From Guillardia theta CCMP2712 (taxonomy: Eukaryota > Protista > Cryptophyta), in assembly GCF_000315625.1 (NCBI RefSeq), contig NW_005434544.1, positions 51,400 to 115,399 of the forward strand: a stretch of 64,000 nt of DNA, read 5' to 3'. A program made the position numbers and the translations under genes. This document shows positions 12,013-23,329 of the stretch, one piece after another; position 1 is the stretch's first letter; each line of letters begins with the position of its first letter. The notes beneath the pieces are model-generated. The model made no database searches. It was not told the origin of the DNA and worked only from the letters and a program-made list of their open reading frames with translations.

Positions 12013-12237
12013 ATAAGCCGTGATGTGTGCTGAATGCCAACGACCTTCCTGTAATTATCACCGCGTCCTGCTCTTCCACGCTTGTAACTTTTAAAGAAGA
12101 GTACTGCCTCATCGGCGAATACAACCTCTAAACATTCGAAAAAGCCCTTCCTCGCGGTCTTAGTGCGATGTTCGTACATCAACAAACTTAAACATGACTC
12201 TCCCTGCCTTGTGACCTTCAACATAGGCTGCTTCACT

Positions 12238-13518
12238 TCACTCTTGCTTCTCGCTCTTGGTCGCTTCCTTGTCTGCCTCCTTCTCAATTTTTCGTTCTTC
12301 TTTCTTTCGTTCTTCCTTGTTTCGTTCATCTTTCTTGAGCGTGTCTGCCCTTGGGATGGAGTTGTAGATCGCATCAGACACCTTGACACACAGTCACTGA
12401 CGTCACTCGCAGCTGCGAAAGGCGACCTGCTGCATTCGGCTCCTGACCTTGGACACCGCGTCCTCAACCTGCCGCTCGTATTTGACGTACACAGACGGCA
12501 GGGAGAAGGCGAGCAAGTATCCTGAGAGGGCATCGTGAGCGCAGGAGCATGCATCACGTCCGACTACACCGATGAGCATCAGGGTGGCGTCGGAGAAGAT
12601 CAACCCCAGCCGGTACAAGATGTATAGAACGATGCAGACCTGCCTCGACTTGTCAGGGTCATTCACGAGTTGAGACCTTGAGACCGAGGCAGCCGACACG
12701 ATGTCGAGGAGCTGCAGCATGTCGAAGTACTGTGCTATCTTGCAGTTGACATGCTCGCACAGGCTGCTCACAAACTCTGGGCTGATCTGAGGAGGCGGGG
12801 ACCTTGCGGAGAAGGATTAGGTGGAGTTGTAAGGGAAACCACACGGGCTGATCACCGAGCGTCGGAAGCTCTTCCCCTCCAGCGCAGCAGGAGGTTGATG
12901 AGCACACTGATAACAACATGCAAGCACAGAAAGATGGAAAAGAGAGACAGCAGAGAGTATCCGTAGACAAATATCGCGCCGTATACTGCCAGCCCGCCCA
13001 CGAACACCTTACCACTTGCCCACTTATCCCTCCAAAGGAGGACGTCGAGGGCTGCAGAACGGATCACTTGCTTGTAAACCAGATGTACATGGACTTAAGA
13101 CCTGGTCTCATGAAATCCGGGACAACGGTTCTGCAAAATGTTCAGCAGGGGTACCAGAAAGTGTGCAACTCTCAGGTGGGACAAACTGTCCTGTGAGATC
13201 ATGCGTTCCCTGCCTCCCAGACTGTGCTAGCCTCCTCATCACTATGTGTTGCTCTTGCTATGATTGTATACAGATCGTTTCCTCTGTGCCCTCTCTTCGC
13301 CCTCCGCACGACCTTGTCTTGGAATACTGCCACCTTACCAACAAGTACCTCAACCTCCTCCCCCCTCTCCTTGTCCTCCTGCTCCTGCTCTTGCTCTTGC
13401 TCCATGGACCAGCATCTTCTCCTCTATGTCGCCATCGTCGTCGTCGTCGTCGTCGTCTCTTCTGCTGCTCCTCTCCTTGCTCTTACCTTCTCTTCGTGAA
13501 GTCGATAACTTCAGCCAT
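12238..13518 (-). CDS. Reticulon-family ER membrane protein, multi-exon
   Basis: ALDVLLWRDKWASGKVF plus long hydrophobic hairpin; FSLPSVYVKYERQVED; Lys/Glu-rich tail ending KSEKQE*. First exon MAEVIDFTKR|gtaag is inferred. Confidence 0.85.
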
Positions 13519-14285
13519 CTTTGATGGAGGGGGCGCAACTTCAAAAATTTCACTCAAATGAACTTTCGGATCATGCCATGGCCGGCGGGCCCCCGGGCCG
13601 CCCCGGGCTGGGGCGGCTGAGTAGGCCGCGCTAGTCGAAGAGTAAAGTCACTGAGTGGCCGGACTGAGGTCCGCTTCCCTGTTGCCCGGCCGGTGATGAC
13701 TTCAAGTTGACTTCGACTCGCCTTTCCTGTCGTGTTTACTCAAAGTTAAGTTAAAAATCAGTACGAGGCCTGTCAGTGTACAAACTTCACGGCGCGGCTG
13801 TACGGTAGACTCGGGGCGCATGGCGCACTGGCAGGACTCGGCCCTGAGAAGATCCGATCGCCGGGACTTCTTTACTCAAAGTTAAGTTAAAGATCAGTAC
13901 GGGCCCCGGAGTCCCGGGGGGGGCCGGCCCTAGCCCGGCTGAGCCGGGAAAGTTCCGACGACTCCCGGACCGTCCCAGAACTGAGGCGAGCCTGAGCCTG
14001 TGATGACGTGAAGAGCCGATCCGATCAGGTCAAGGACGACCGTCCGATCGGAGCTGATACTGCCACGGTCAGGAGGAGGAGGAGGACTCCGGGAGATCCG
14101 GGAGGAGATGGAGGAGGACGTTCACAGTGTCTAAGCGAGGATGAAAACTGAGCCTCTCGTGTTGGTTTGGCTGGTTTCTCCGACAGATCTCATCGCTGTC
14201 CGATCAAGTCCGGAGAACGGTACGCCGCAGGTTTCAAAGTTTGGGAGGAGTCCAGCAGGTCAGTCGGTCGCCGCCAAGCTGTGAG

Positions 14286-15479
14286 ATGAGAGGGTTAAAG
14301 CGAGCGTTCCTAGCCCTTGTCAGTGTGGCACTCGTGTATGTGCCGATGTCAATGTCACAACTATGGCTGTTGGGCTCTAAGAAAGAACCGGAGATGGTAG
14401 GGTATTCGAGGAGAGGGGGGGTATTCATGGTGCCGTACAGCATGCGAGCAAACAATGTCAACTTGTCTGTCTTTGTGAACACGTCACAGCAGTCCCTCTC
14501 AACGACGAGTGCGTTATCGGCGGGGACAAACAGCTCCGTGCCAGCAGCAGTTCCCCTCGCCATGACGCTCTTTGTCTTTGCTGATTCGAATTCAAGGAGC
14601 AGCTATGCAAGAAACATCGAGAGCTTGTCCTGCTACTCCAAGCTCAACAGCTTCAACTTCGTCCTCTTCAGGCCTGACTCATTCCCTCAGTGCAAGGAAG
14701 CCGTCGGTTTCTTCTTCAGGAAAGTCTGCCATGTCTTCTACTACCTGCTCAATATCCCCGCCGATCACCACGTGGCAGTGCTGGATGCTGATACCGCGAT
14801 CGTGAACTTCGACAAGAAGATCCAAGCTTGGTTGGTGGGCAACAAAGACATCTGGTTCTATCATCGATTCCATAACAACGAGGTCATGGCGGGAAACTAC
14901 ATCGTGCGGAACACAGCATGGAGCAGGAGGTTCCTTCTGGACTGGTACATGCTCCACCCGGGGAACAAGCACGAGTACTCGGGCATGAACGCAGACAATG
15001 GAGCTCTCCACTGGCTGCTCCTGCATCGTCTCGTCCGGCCAGTACCTGAGAGGTGCAGGAGGGAGGGAAAGGGAAGCGACTACCCGAAGTTCGTTGCATG
15101 CTTCCATGCAGCGGCCAACAACTCGGGCTGTCGAGGGGGGGACTGGGAGAGAGTCGGATTCTTCCGGCATGGCGAGGGATGGGCGTACGATGGGTGGGTG
15201 ATCCGATACAGATGGTCCAATACGACCTTCATGCACCATGCGATGAAGAACCCAGTGATAGGAGGGCAGTATGAGGGTCGACTGCTGCCCCCGCGCTCTT
15301 GCGAGGTCACTTCCAAGCTGCCTGCCGACCGGTACATGGTGAGCGAGGGCGAGATGTCGTCTCTGCTCAGATCTGCGGCGCTCACAGCCCTCCCTGGCCG
15401 CAAGAATCACGGGTACAACCCCAACAGCTGCATTGTGAACGTGAGGCCGGCTGGCGCTTGCCAGTCAACGCCATGTTGA
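14286..15479 (+). CDS. Type II membrane glycosyltransferase-like protein (DUF273-like, GT-A fold), intronless
   Basis: N-terminal TM anchor; SLSCY, FFFRK.C, VLDAD (DxD), DIWFYHRFHNNEVMAGNYIVRNT, DNGALH, HHAMK. Confidence 0.85.
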   Translation: MRGLKRAFLALVSVALVYVPMSMSQLWLLGSKKEPEMVGYSRRGGVFMVPYSMRANNVNLSVFVNTSQQSLSTTSALSAGTNSSVPAAVPLAMTLFVFADSNSRSSYARNIESLSCYSKLNSFNFVLFRPDSFPQCKEAVGFFFRKVCHVFYYLLNIPADHHVAVLDADTAIVNFDKKIQAWLVGNKDIWFYHRFHNNEVMAGNYIVRNTAWSRRFLLDWYMLHPGNKHEYSGMNADNGALHWLLLHRLVRPVPERCRREGKGSDYPKFVACFHAAANNSGCRGGDWERVGFFRHGEGWAYDGWVIRYRWSNTTFMHHAMKNPVIGGQYEGRLLPPRSCEVTSKLPADRYMVSEGEMSSLLRSAALTALPGRKNHGYNPNSCIVNVRPAGACQSTPC

Positions 15480-15584
15480 TGTTTGTATGTGAACGAGGTA
15501 ATGCCGAGAGGACGCATGTTATCCGAGTTGATTTCCAAGATTGCTAGCTCTGTGCGTAAAGTCTTGTCAAGTTCGAATCCCCTT

Positions 15585-16715
15585 TCATGCTGCCGGCTCG
15601 TCAGCTGGGGTTGTCCTAGCGACGTAGTCTTTGCCTCCTGGCCGGAGATTTTCCGGACGGCTGTCTTTGCGGATGTTTTTCTGAAACGAGGAGTGAGTTG
15701 GAGACGAGTAAAGGGACAAGTGAGAAGGAGGCAGACAGTCTTCCTTCAACTCACGATGCCCTCACCTGCCTCGATCGAGTTTTCTTGCCTTTGATCCTCC
15801 TCCTCCTCGGCCTGTGGCCGTCTGCAGCAGAGATCAAGAAGAGGTGGAGGCACAGGGGTCGCCTACCAGGACGGCGACCGAAGTCGTCCTCCTCTCGTTC
15901 TTCCTGCTCGTCTGCCGGCTGCTTCTGGTTCGAACTCCCTTGCTCTTGCTGATCTTTGCGATGCTTGGGATGGGGAGGGATTTTCTCCTTCTTGTCTTCA
16001 TCTCCTGCAGCAGACTTCTTCTTTGAAACTTCTTGAGCGGGTTTGATCTTCTTCTCTCCTTCTCTCCTCCTGCTTTCCTGCTCTTCCTCTTCCTCTTGCT
16101 GCTCTTGGCTCTTGTTTGCATCTACCTGCTCTCCGGCCTTCTTCTGTTGTTTTTTCCTTCTCTTCTTCTTGTTCTGATTGTTGTTTTCTTGATCAACAGT
16201 CGTCAACACGACTGGTTCCTGTGGGGGCTTACTCTTCTTTGGCTGAATCGATTTCGTTCTGCTCTCTTCATCATTGTCCTCATCCTGAGCCTTCCGTTTC
16301 TGAACTGATCGCTCAATATGCTCATCTTTCTTCTTTACCATCTTCTTCAACTTTCCAACCAGACGATTGTTCTCATCGCCCTCTGTCTTGAGTGCCTGTT
16401 TCATCCTATCAGTCCCGCATGCCTGCCAACAAACTGCATGCGTGCACCTTGGAGTGAGGAACAAACTTTGAGCCCAGCCCAGCCTTGCAGGGCGAGAGAC
16501 AAGCAGGTCAGCATTAGTTGCTTCTTCTGGACATCAGCATCGTCAGAGAGGAAGGGGTCATGCAGCCAGGAGTGAACCTTCTTCGAAGGCTACAGCATCC
16601 TTCACTGCGGACTTCATGCTTTGCATCCATGATGCAGCGATGTTCAGAGCCTCTCGCTGCACCTCGACCTGACTTGGGAGTTAGTTCACTCAACACATGA
16701 GCTGCTAGTCCCTCT

Positions 16716-16756
<41 letters not shown>

Positions 16757-16814
16757 CCTGCTCCTCCTGCTCCTCCTGCTCCTCCTGCCCCACCTGTTGA
16801 GCTTTCGGCGCCAT
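15585..16814 (-). CDS. Lys/Glu-rich hypothetical protein (RPARLG..K and KTRSRQKNIRKD motifs), multi-exon, apparent 1-nt frameshift
   Basis: Spliced model MAPKAQQ|VEVQREALNIAASWMQSM...RPARLG...|ALKTEGDENNRL...KKTRSRQ|KNIRKDSRP...EPAA*. Confidence 0.65.
16716..16788. repeat. (CTCCTG)n / (CTCCTCCTG)n microsatellite, intronic
   Basis: Directly visible tandem units. Confidence 0.9.
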
Positions 16815-17057
16815 GGTCTCCTGTTCCTGAGAAAGGGGTACCTGATTATCAACATGGGGTAGTATTTCAAATGGTGGGGTCTATGATACCACCGGTTATT
16901 TCTTTGACATAGAACAAAGTTGTTCATTATTGGAGTATAACAAGGGTACAGTATTTGAAAGGGGGTACTCATAATTCATGTTAGATTATACCGGGTAGGG
17001 GTACAGGGGGTACAAAGGGGTGGGAGGGTGGGGGGTGGGAGCACGTGCGATGGCAGG

Positions 17058-19880
17058 ATGGAAGTTGTAACTCCAGGGCAAGAGATCAGAAGCGAAGCAG
17101 GTGAGAGGAGGAGGAGGAGGAGAAAGATGTTATTGTCGTCGACATGACGATGTTTCTGTTGTTCATGATGATGAAGAGGAGGAGGAGGAGGAAGGGGAGG
17201 AGGAGGAGGAGAAGTTGAGGAGGAGGAGATATGGAGGAGAGCAGAAGGAGGAGGAGAAGTCCAGCCAACGCAGGAACAAGAGCAGGAGCAGCCAAAGGAG
17301 CAATGCTAGGACAAAGGGAGCAAGGGCAGGAAGAAAGAAAAATCAAATCAGAGAGCAAACATGTGATTGAGGTCGATGGTCATGGTAGGGTAAACATGAA
17401 AGGACACATCTAGCGCTGAGGGGAGGGAGGGAGGGAGGGAGGGAGGGAGGGAGGGAGGGCAGGGTAGTGGAGGAGATCGTTGAGCGTAGATAGATGAGAA
17501 GCAAGGCAGCGGGAGATGACTGGAGTGCAGGGTTCCTGCGGGGGCATGGGACGTATGTGTGGAAGGGCAAGCTCATAGCGTCGGTGGCGGGGATAGTCCA
17601 GAGGGTGAACAAGCTGGTGTCGGTAGTGCCACTGAAGAGCCGATATGGAGGACAAGTGGGAGATGTCGTGGTGGGACGAGTCGTTGAGGTCGGACAGAAG
17701 CGTTGGAACCTTGACATTGGAGCTGCTCAGGTTTGTGAGAGGAGGGGAAAGGAGCGAGGAGGACGTGGAAGGGGGAGGAGGAAGGTGGAAGAGGGGGAGG
17801 AGGGAGGGGGGAGATAAGGGGAAGGTGGGAGAGGGAACAGGAAGGGAAGGGAGGGGAAGTAGGGGAGGGGGGCGGTGAGAAGGAAGGTTGTTGTTGTTTT
17901 CTCCTTCAAGTAGTTTATTCTCCTTTGCTGCTTCAAACTTTCTGAAAATCATTTTTTCCTTCCTTTCTCTTTCCTTTGCAGTCGGCAGTGTTGATGTTGT
18001 CGTCGGTGAACCTGCCGGAGGGAGAGCACAGGAGGAGAACGTACGAGGATCAGCTGAACATGCGAACGTTGTTTGTGGAGGGCGATCTTGTAAGCGCGGA
18101 GATTCACCAGGTATGGACAGGACAGGAGAGGACAGGAGAGGACAGGACAGGACAGGACAGGTCAGGTCAGGTCAGGTCAGGACGGAGGGATCAGAGACGA
18201 AGTTAAGGAGAGCAGGGGGTGGGGGTTGAGGGGACGCATAGAGGAGGAAGCGGAGGGGAGGAACTGGATGCGGAGATGGGATGGGGCAACTTGAAGTGAG
18301 GTTCGCTGATTGTTTGATGTTTCAGTTCTTTCAAGATGGTTCGATCTCCGTTCACACAAGGTCATCCAAATATGGAAAACTGCAGAATGGAATGTTGATA
18401 GAGGTAAATCACCAGTGAAGAGCAGACAAGACCGGGTGGTGGTGGAGGTGGAGGAGGAAGTAGTGGTGTTAGTGATGATGATGATGATGATGATGATGAT
18501 GAGGAGGAGGAGGACGAGGAGGACGAGGAGGACGAGGACGAGGACGAGGAGGACGAGGAGGACGACGAGGAGGAGGACGAAGACGAGGAAGAGGAGAAGA
18601 CGAGGAGGAGGAGGAGGAGGAGGAGGAGCAATATTGTATGGAAGTTGCTGATTCTTCCACAGGTCCCAGCATACTTGATTCGGAGAGCCAAACAAGTACT
18701 ACCCTTCTCTTTTCCTTCCTCCCCCTTCCATCCTCCCCGCGCTCCTCCTCATGTGTTGTCTTGCCAGCACTTCCAACAACTTGGAGAACTGCAAGTGTTC
18801 CTCATCATCGCTAGGTCCCTCTAGCCTGCTGCGTCAAGGTCTGAAGTTGCCGCTCACAGCAACGGATACATCTGGATCACGCATGTGCTCCCTCCTGAGG
18901 CCGGGGAGGCGGGTGACATGGACGAGCTGGAGAAGTTGGGAGGAGGGCGGCCAGCGAGCGAGGAAGATATGTATGTCCCTCCTGCTTCTCGATCCTGCTC
19001 CTCCCTCCCTCGCTCTCCTCCCTCCTCTCTACCTCCCTCCCTCTCCTTCCTCCTCTGTACCTCGCTCTCCTCCCTCCTCTCTACCTCCCTCCCTCTCCTT
19101 CCTCCTCTCTACCTCCCTCCCTCTCCTTCCTCCTCTGTACCTCGCTCTCATCCTCCCTCCCTACCTCGTTCTCCTCCCTCCTCCCTCGCTTGCTCTCCTT
19201 CCTCCTCCCTCATTCGCTCTCTCCCTCCTCTCTATCTCATTCTCCTCCCTCCTCTCTCCTTCGTTCTTTTCCTCCGCAATTGGCTCACAGACTTGCAGGA
19301 AATGTTTGTGCAGAGTCAGAAACTCAATCCTGGCCCTTGCGAAATACCACCTTGAGGTTGTGCGAGGGGAGAGGAATAAGTTTTGGAGAGAAGAGGGGAG
19401 GGAGGAGGAGAGCAGGAGAGCAGGAGAGCAGGAGAGCAGGAGAGCAGGAGAGCAGGAGAGAAGGAGAGGAGGAGAGGAGGAGAGGAGGAGAGGAGGAGAG
19501 GAGGAGAGGAGGAGAGGAGCAGGGAGGAGTGGATGGAGGCGAGATAATCTGTCATGTTGTTAATTTTGTTTCAGATTTTCTCAACCTCCATTCTTGACAC
19601 CTACGAAAGCAGCTTGAAGCTTGATATTGAGTTGTCTTCCATGCTCGATGACGGTAACTAGATGATGACAACGATAAAAAGGGTGGTGGTGATGGAGATG
19701 ATGATGATGACGAAGATGAGGAAGAAGAAGAAGAAGAAGGTTTGACGTCATTCCAGATCTTTCGGAGAAGATAACTGAGAGTGCTAGAGCAAGGAGAGAT
19801 GCTTCACTGAGGTATGAGACCACTTTGTGTCAACATTACATGACTGATTTCTCTTGCGCAGGACTGTGGTGGAAGACTGA
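17058..19880 (+). CDS. RRP4: Exosome complex cap subunit RRP4 (S1+KH), multi-exon with microsatellite-expanded introns
   Basis: MEVVTPGQEI..|GFLRGHGTY, SVAGIVQRVNKLVSV, RYGGQVGDVVVGRV, LSSVNLPEGEHRRRT, GDLVSAEI, DGSISVHTRSSKYGKL, CRVRNSILALA. Confidence 0.95.
18472..18628. repeat. Compound (GAT)n-(GAGGAC)n-(GAG)n microsatellite in RRP4 intron
   Basis: Directly visible. Confidence 0.9.
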
Positions 19881-20023
19881 AAGAGGACGAGGATATAGAA
19901 GATGTAGATTTCTTTCATTACAAAACTTTACAAATGTGTTACTAAGATGAACTCTCCGTTCTCCTCCAAGTCTCCTCCTTCCCCCACTCCTCTCTCCGCT
20001 TCCTCCTCCCCCTCCTCTGCACT

Positions 20024-23000
20024 TCAAAGCTGTGGCAGCTTGTCGCTCTTCAGCTTTCTCATGCTTCCTCTCAAGTTGATGATGGAGATCCGAGAGGACG
20101 AGGCTGTTCCGTGAAGCAGCGTCTCCTTCAGCTCCTCCTCGCTCCTCCTCCTCTCGCGCTCGATCTCCGACGGCCCGCTCGCCCTTCTCCTGCTCCCCAC
20201 GGTAGACCGTGCCCTTGAAACCTTCTGCTCGAAGAAGATGAGGTTGGAGCCAGCAGAGCTCAGCCTCCTGATATTGAACAGCGCGACTTGCTCGTTGCTG
20301 CTCCTCCTCACATCCGACTTGTAGCTTGCGCTCACCGTCCTCCCCACCCGCTCCCTCCTCTCCTGCTCCCTCGCGTCTCCCGCCTCCCTCCCGTGCACGA
20401 GCCTCACCTTCACTTCCATCAGAGGGTCCACCACCGCCCTCCCCTCCTCCGCCGACGCCCTCCGCCACTCCTTCCTGAACGGCGTCCCCATCTTTGTCGG
20501 CTCAGCGGTGAAGGGACGATGAGAAAGAGCCTGGAAGCCTTCCCCTCTCATCTCCTCCTCCCTCCTCACGGCGCCGTTCTCGTCCTCAGCTGAGTGAGTC
20601 CTGCTGATGCAGTCCGGCATCTCCTCCAGGGAGCAGGTGGAACACCTGCTGGGCATCCCGATCGAGCTCTCCGCCTCCTGCCCGTCCTCAATCGCCTCCT
20701 CCTCCTCGCAGCAGCATGAGACTTCGTCCTCGCACTCATCGCTACGCAGCGTTGTTCTCCTGCTGGCTATGTTGTTCCCGTCCCGCCGCTCATGGGCAGG
20801 CACTTGCTCAGTCTCGTCGGGTACAGCTGATCCTTGTGCGGCCCAGGACCCTCTTCGAGAGGACGGGGGGAGGCGCCTTGGGGCGGCAGGGCGCCGGCAT
20901 CAGGAGGAGGAGCATCTGCAGGGGGGGTAGCCGTGTCGGTCACAGGGAGAGGGCCAACAGGATCATGCGAAGGAGCAGGATGGGGGGGAGGAGGAAGAGG
21001 AGTCGGATCCTTCTTCTTGAGCAGGGGAAGTTGCCTTTTGGATGACACAACGGCGACAGGTTCCTGTAGAGGAGCCATCGACGTGTTCCTCCTCCTCATC
21101 GCTCTGTACGGCTCCCTTGTAAGGTCCTTACTCGAAGCAACGGGTGACGAGACTGTTCGTTGCAGCTGCTCCTCCTCCTCCTCCTCCTCGAAGTCCCGGC
21201 TGGAGCTCGCCGCTCTCGTCAGAATGGAGCGCACAAACGCCTCCTTCCTAACATCCTTCTTCTCATCCTGCAAGGCAGAGGGCACGGAGAACGATCGATG
21301 CATCTCCGTCGCTGCATGGTCCTTGCCGGAATCGAGGGACCTCCTTGTCCCCCTTGAAGGCCGTCGGGACAAGGAAGAGGTGGAGGAAGCGGAGGAGGTG
21401 GAGGAGGTTGACTTAGTCCTTGTCATCTGGCTGCTTTCAAACATTCTCTTCCTCTGCTGGGCCAGTTTGACCAGCTCCTGCAGGATCTCCTCGCATGACT
21501 GCGACCTGTCCACCTTCCCTGCCTTCCTGCGCTTCAGCTCCGCGTGGAGGTGCTGGGAGTGCAACCTGCCCTGCAGGAACCTTCGGAAGGTGTCCCGGCT
21601 GATCTCCAGGCAGGAGGAGGGGGAGGAGGCAACGATTGTTGCGTTCCTCTTCTCGTTCTTGATCAGCCCCGTCTCGCCAAAGAAGTGCCCCGGGAGGAAA
21701 GAAAAGACCTGGTTCCCTCCTACCAACACCGCTACCTCCCCTTGCACCACCACGAACATAGACACCGACTCCTCCCCTGCTCTCACCACCTCCTCCCCCT
21801 CGCAGAAGTGCAGCAGCCTGGACTCGCTCCCCAGCCTCTCTCGGTCCTCCGTCTGCAGCCACGAGAAGATGGGGATAGGGGCGAGCAGCTCGCCCATGGA
21901 CAAAGCTGCGTCTTCCATGACCTTGTCAAACGTGGCCTGTAGCTCCAACCGCTTCTTTTCCTTCTGCTCATGCACAGAGTCGACGTAGCACTCCTCCTGC
22001 GCACCAGGGCGTCAGAGACCAGAGGAAAGGGAACAATGGAAAGGAAGGAATTGAGCCACAAAGGGCGAGAAGGTTTGGGTGTCCAGAACAACGAGCGCAA
22101 AGAAAGGATGGAGCGAGCAAGGGGTTGAGCGATGGGGGAGTGAGCGGGGGAAGAGAGGGAGGAGGAGGAAAACAAGGGATGAGGAGATCTTGGGAAACAG
22201 TAGGGAATAACCTGATTGTTTGTGCAAATAGTGCAAGGACTGCAACCCGTGAAACAGGGAACTTTGAGTTGCAACTTGACCATGTGTGAAAACTCCTCCT
22301 GCATTGCAGATGAGTTGCTGAGGTCCACAGCTATCTGCCAGAACAAAACACATACACCGACATAGTCCTCATTCTCATCATCATCACAATTGTGATTGTC
22401 CTGCAAGACTGGAAAGCACGGGCGCGGGAAAGAGCTACAAAGGCGGGAGCGTCCAAGAAAGCTGTTCTCACCAGGTCAATACAGCCATCTCCGTTCGCAT
22501 CGTACTCCTTCAAAACAATGTCCAAATCTTCATCCGTAAACCTCTTCCCCATCATCGCAAAAGCTTTCTGGATCTCAGACCTGAATCGAAGCGATCAGCC
22601 GTCAAAGGAGGAGAGAGAGAAGGACCAAGGCGAGAGAGCAGAGGGTAAGAAAGAGACAAACATACGTAGCAGTGCCAAGGAGGGAAGACAAAATCAGCAG
22701 CGCTGCGACAGAGAAGAGTGGGAATGTAGAGCAGGCGAGGAGGACAACACTGAGGCGGAGAGTGCTGACCTTTGCAAAGTCCCGCTCGCATCCTCGTCAA
22801 ATCTTCGAAACGCTTTTTCAATGCTGATGTTCAACTAGCAGAACGAATGAACGAGTCGACAATGAAACGATCTTGCACAAACCTCGTGCGGAGAGAGATT
22901 CGCAAACCACTTTGCCAACGATTCACCCGCAGCATTCAAAACGCTGTTGACAAGAGCAGTTAGTCTAGCCGTTTGTTTGGGTGAAATGTAAGTTCACTTT

Positions 23001-23329
23001 TTGGCCTTGGACAGAGTATCTCCCAGGATTTGAAAGGTGTCGTTGAGCTCGAATTCCATAAGGTCAAGCCTCTCCAACAAGAGCTGCAGGAAACGACAGG
23101 ATAAGAGATGAAGTACCGTCAAACTATTTCGCCCATAACTCTTCCTTTCGCACTCTTCTGCTTCATTATCGTCTCAGGCTCTCTCAATCTGCTTCTCTGT
23201 CATCTCCCAGCCCATGTCAGCTGACTTATCCCAGTGCGGACTAACGAGCCTGACTTATCCCTCTGCTCTCTTCAACTCGGTCTTCTTCCTCACCGCCTCC
23301 GTCGACTTTCTTCGTTCCAGCATCGCCAT
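20024..23329 (-). CDS. EF-hand plus cyclic-nucleotide-binding domain protein with long disordered C-terminus
   Basis: EF loops DEDASGTL and DANGDGCID; CNBD IPIFSWL...GEEVVRAGEESVSMFVVVQGEV...FFGETGLIKNEKRNATIVA. 5' exons approximate. Confidence 0.8.

Noticed and set aside
20834-21988. 384-aa plus-strand ORF (likewise 48925-49851 and 56272-57270 on the minus strand)
   Set aside because: Antisense shadows of real genes.
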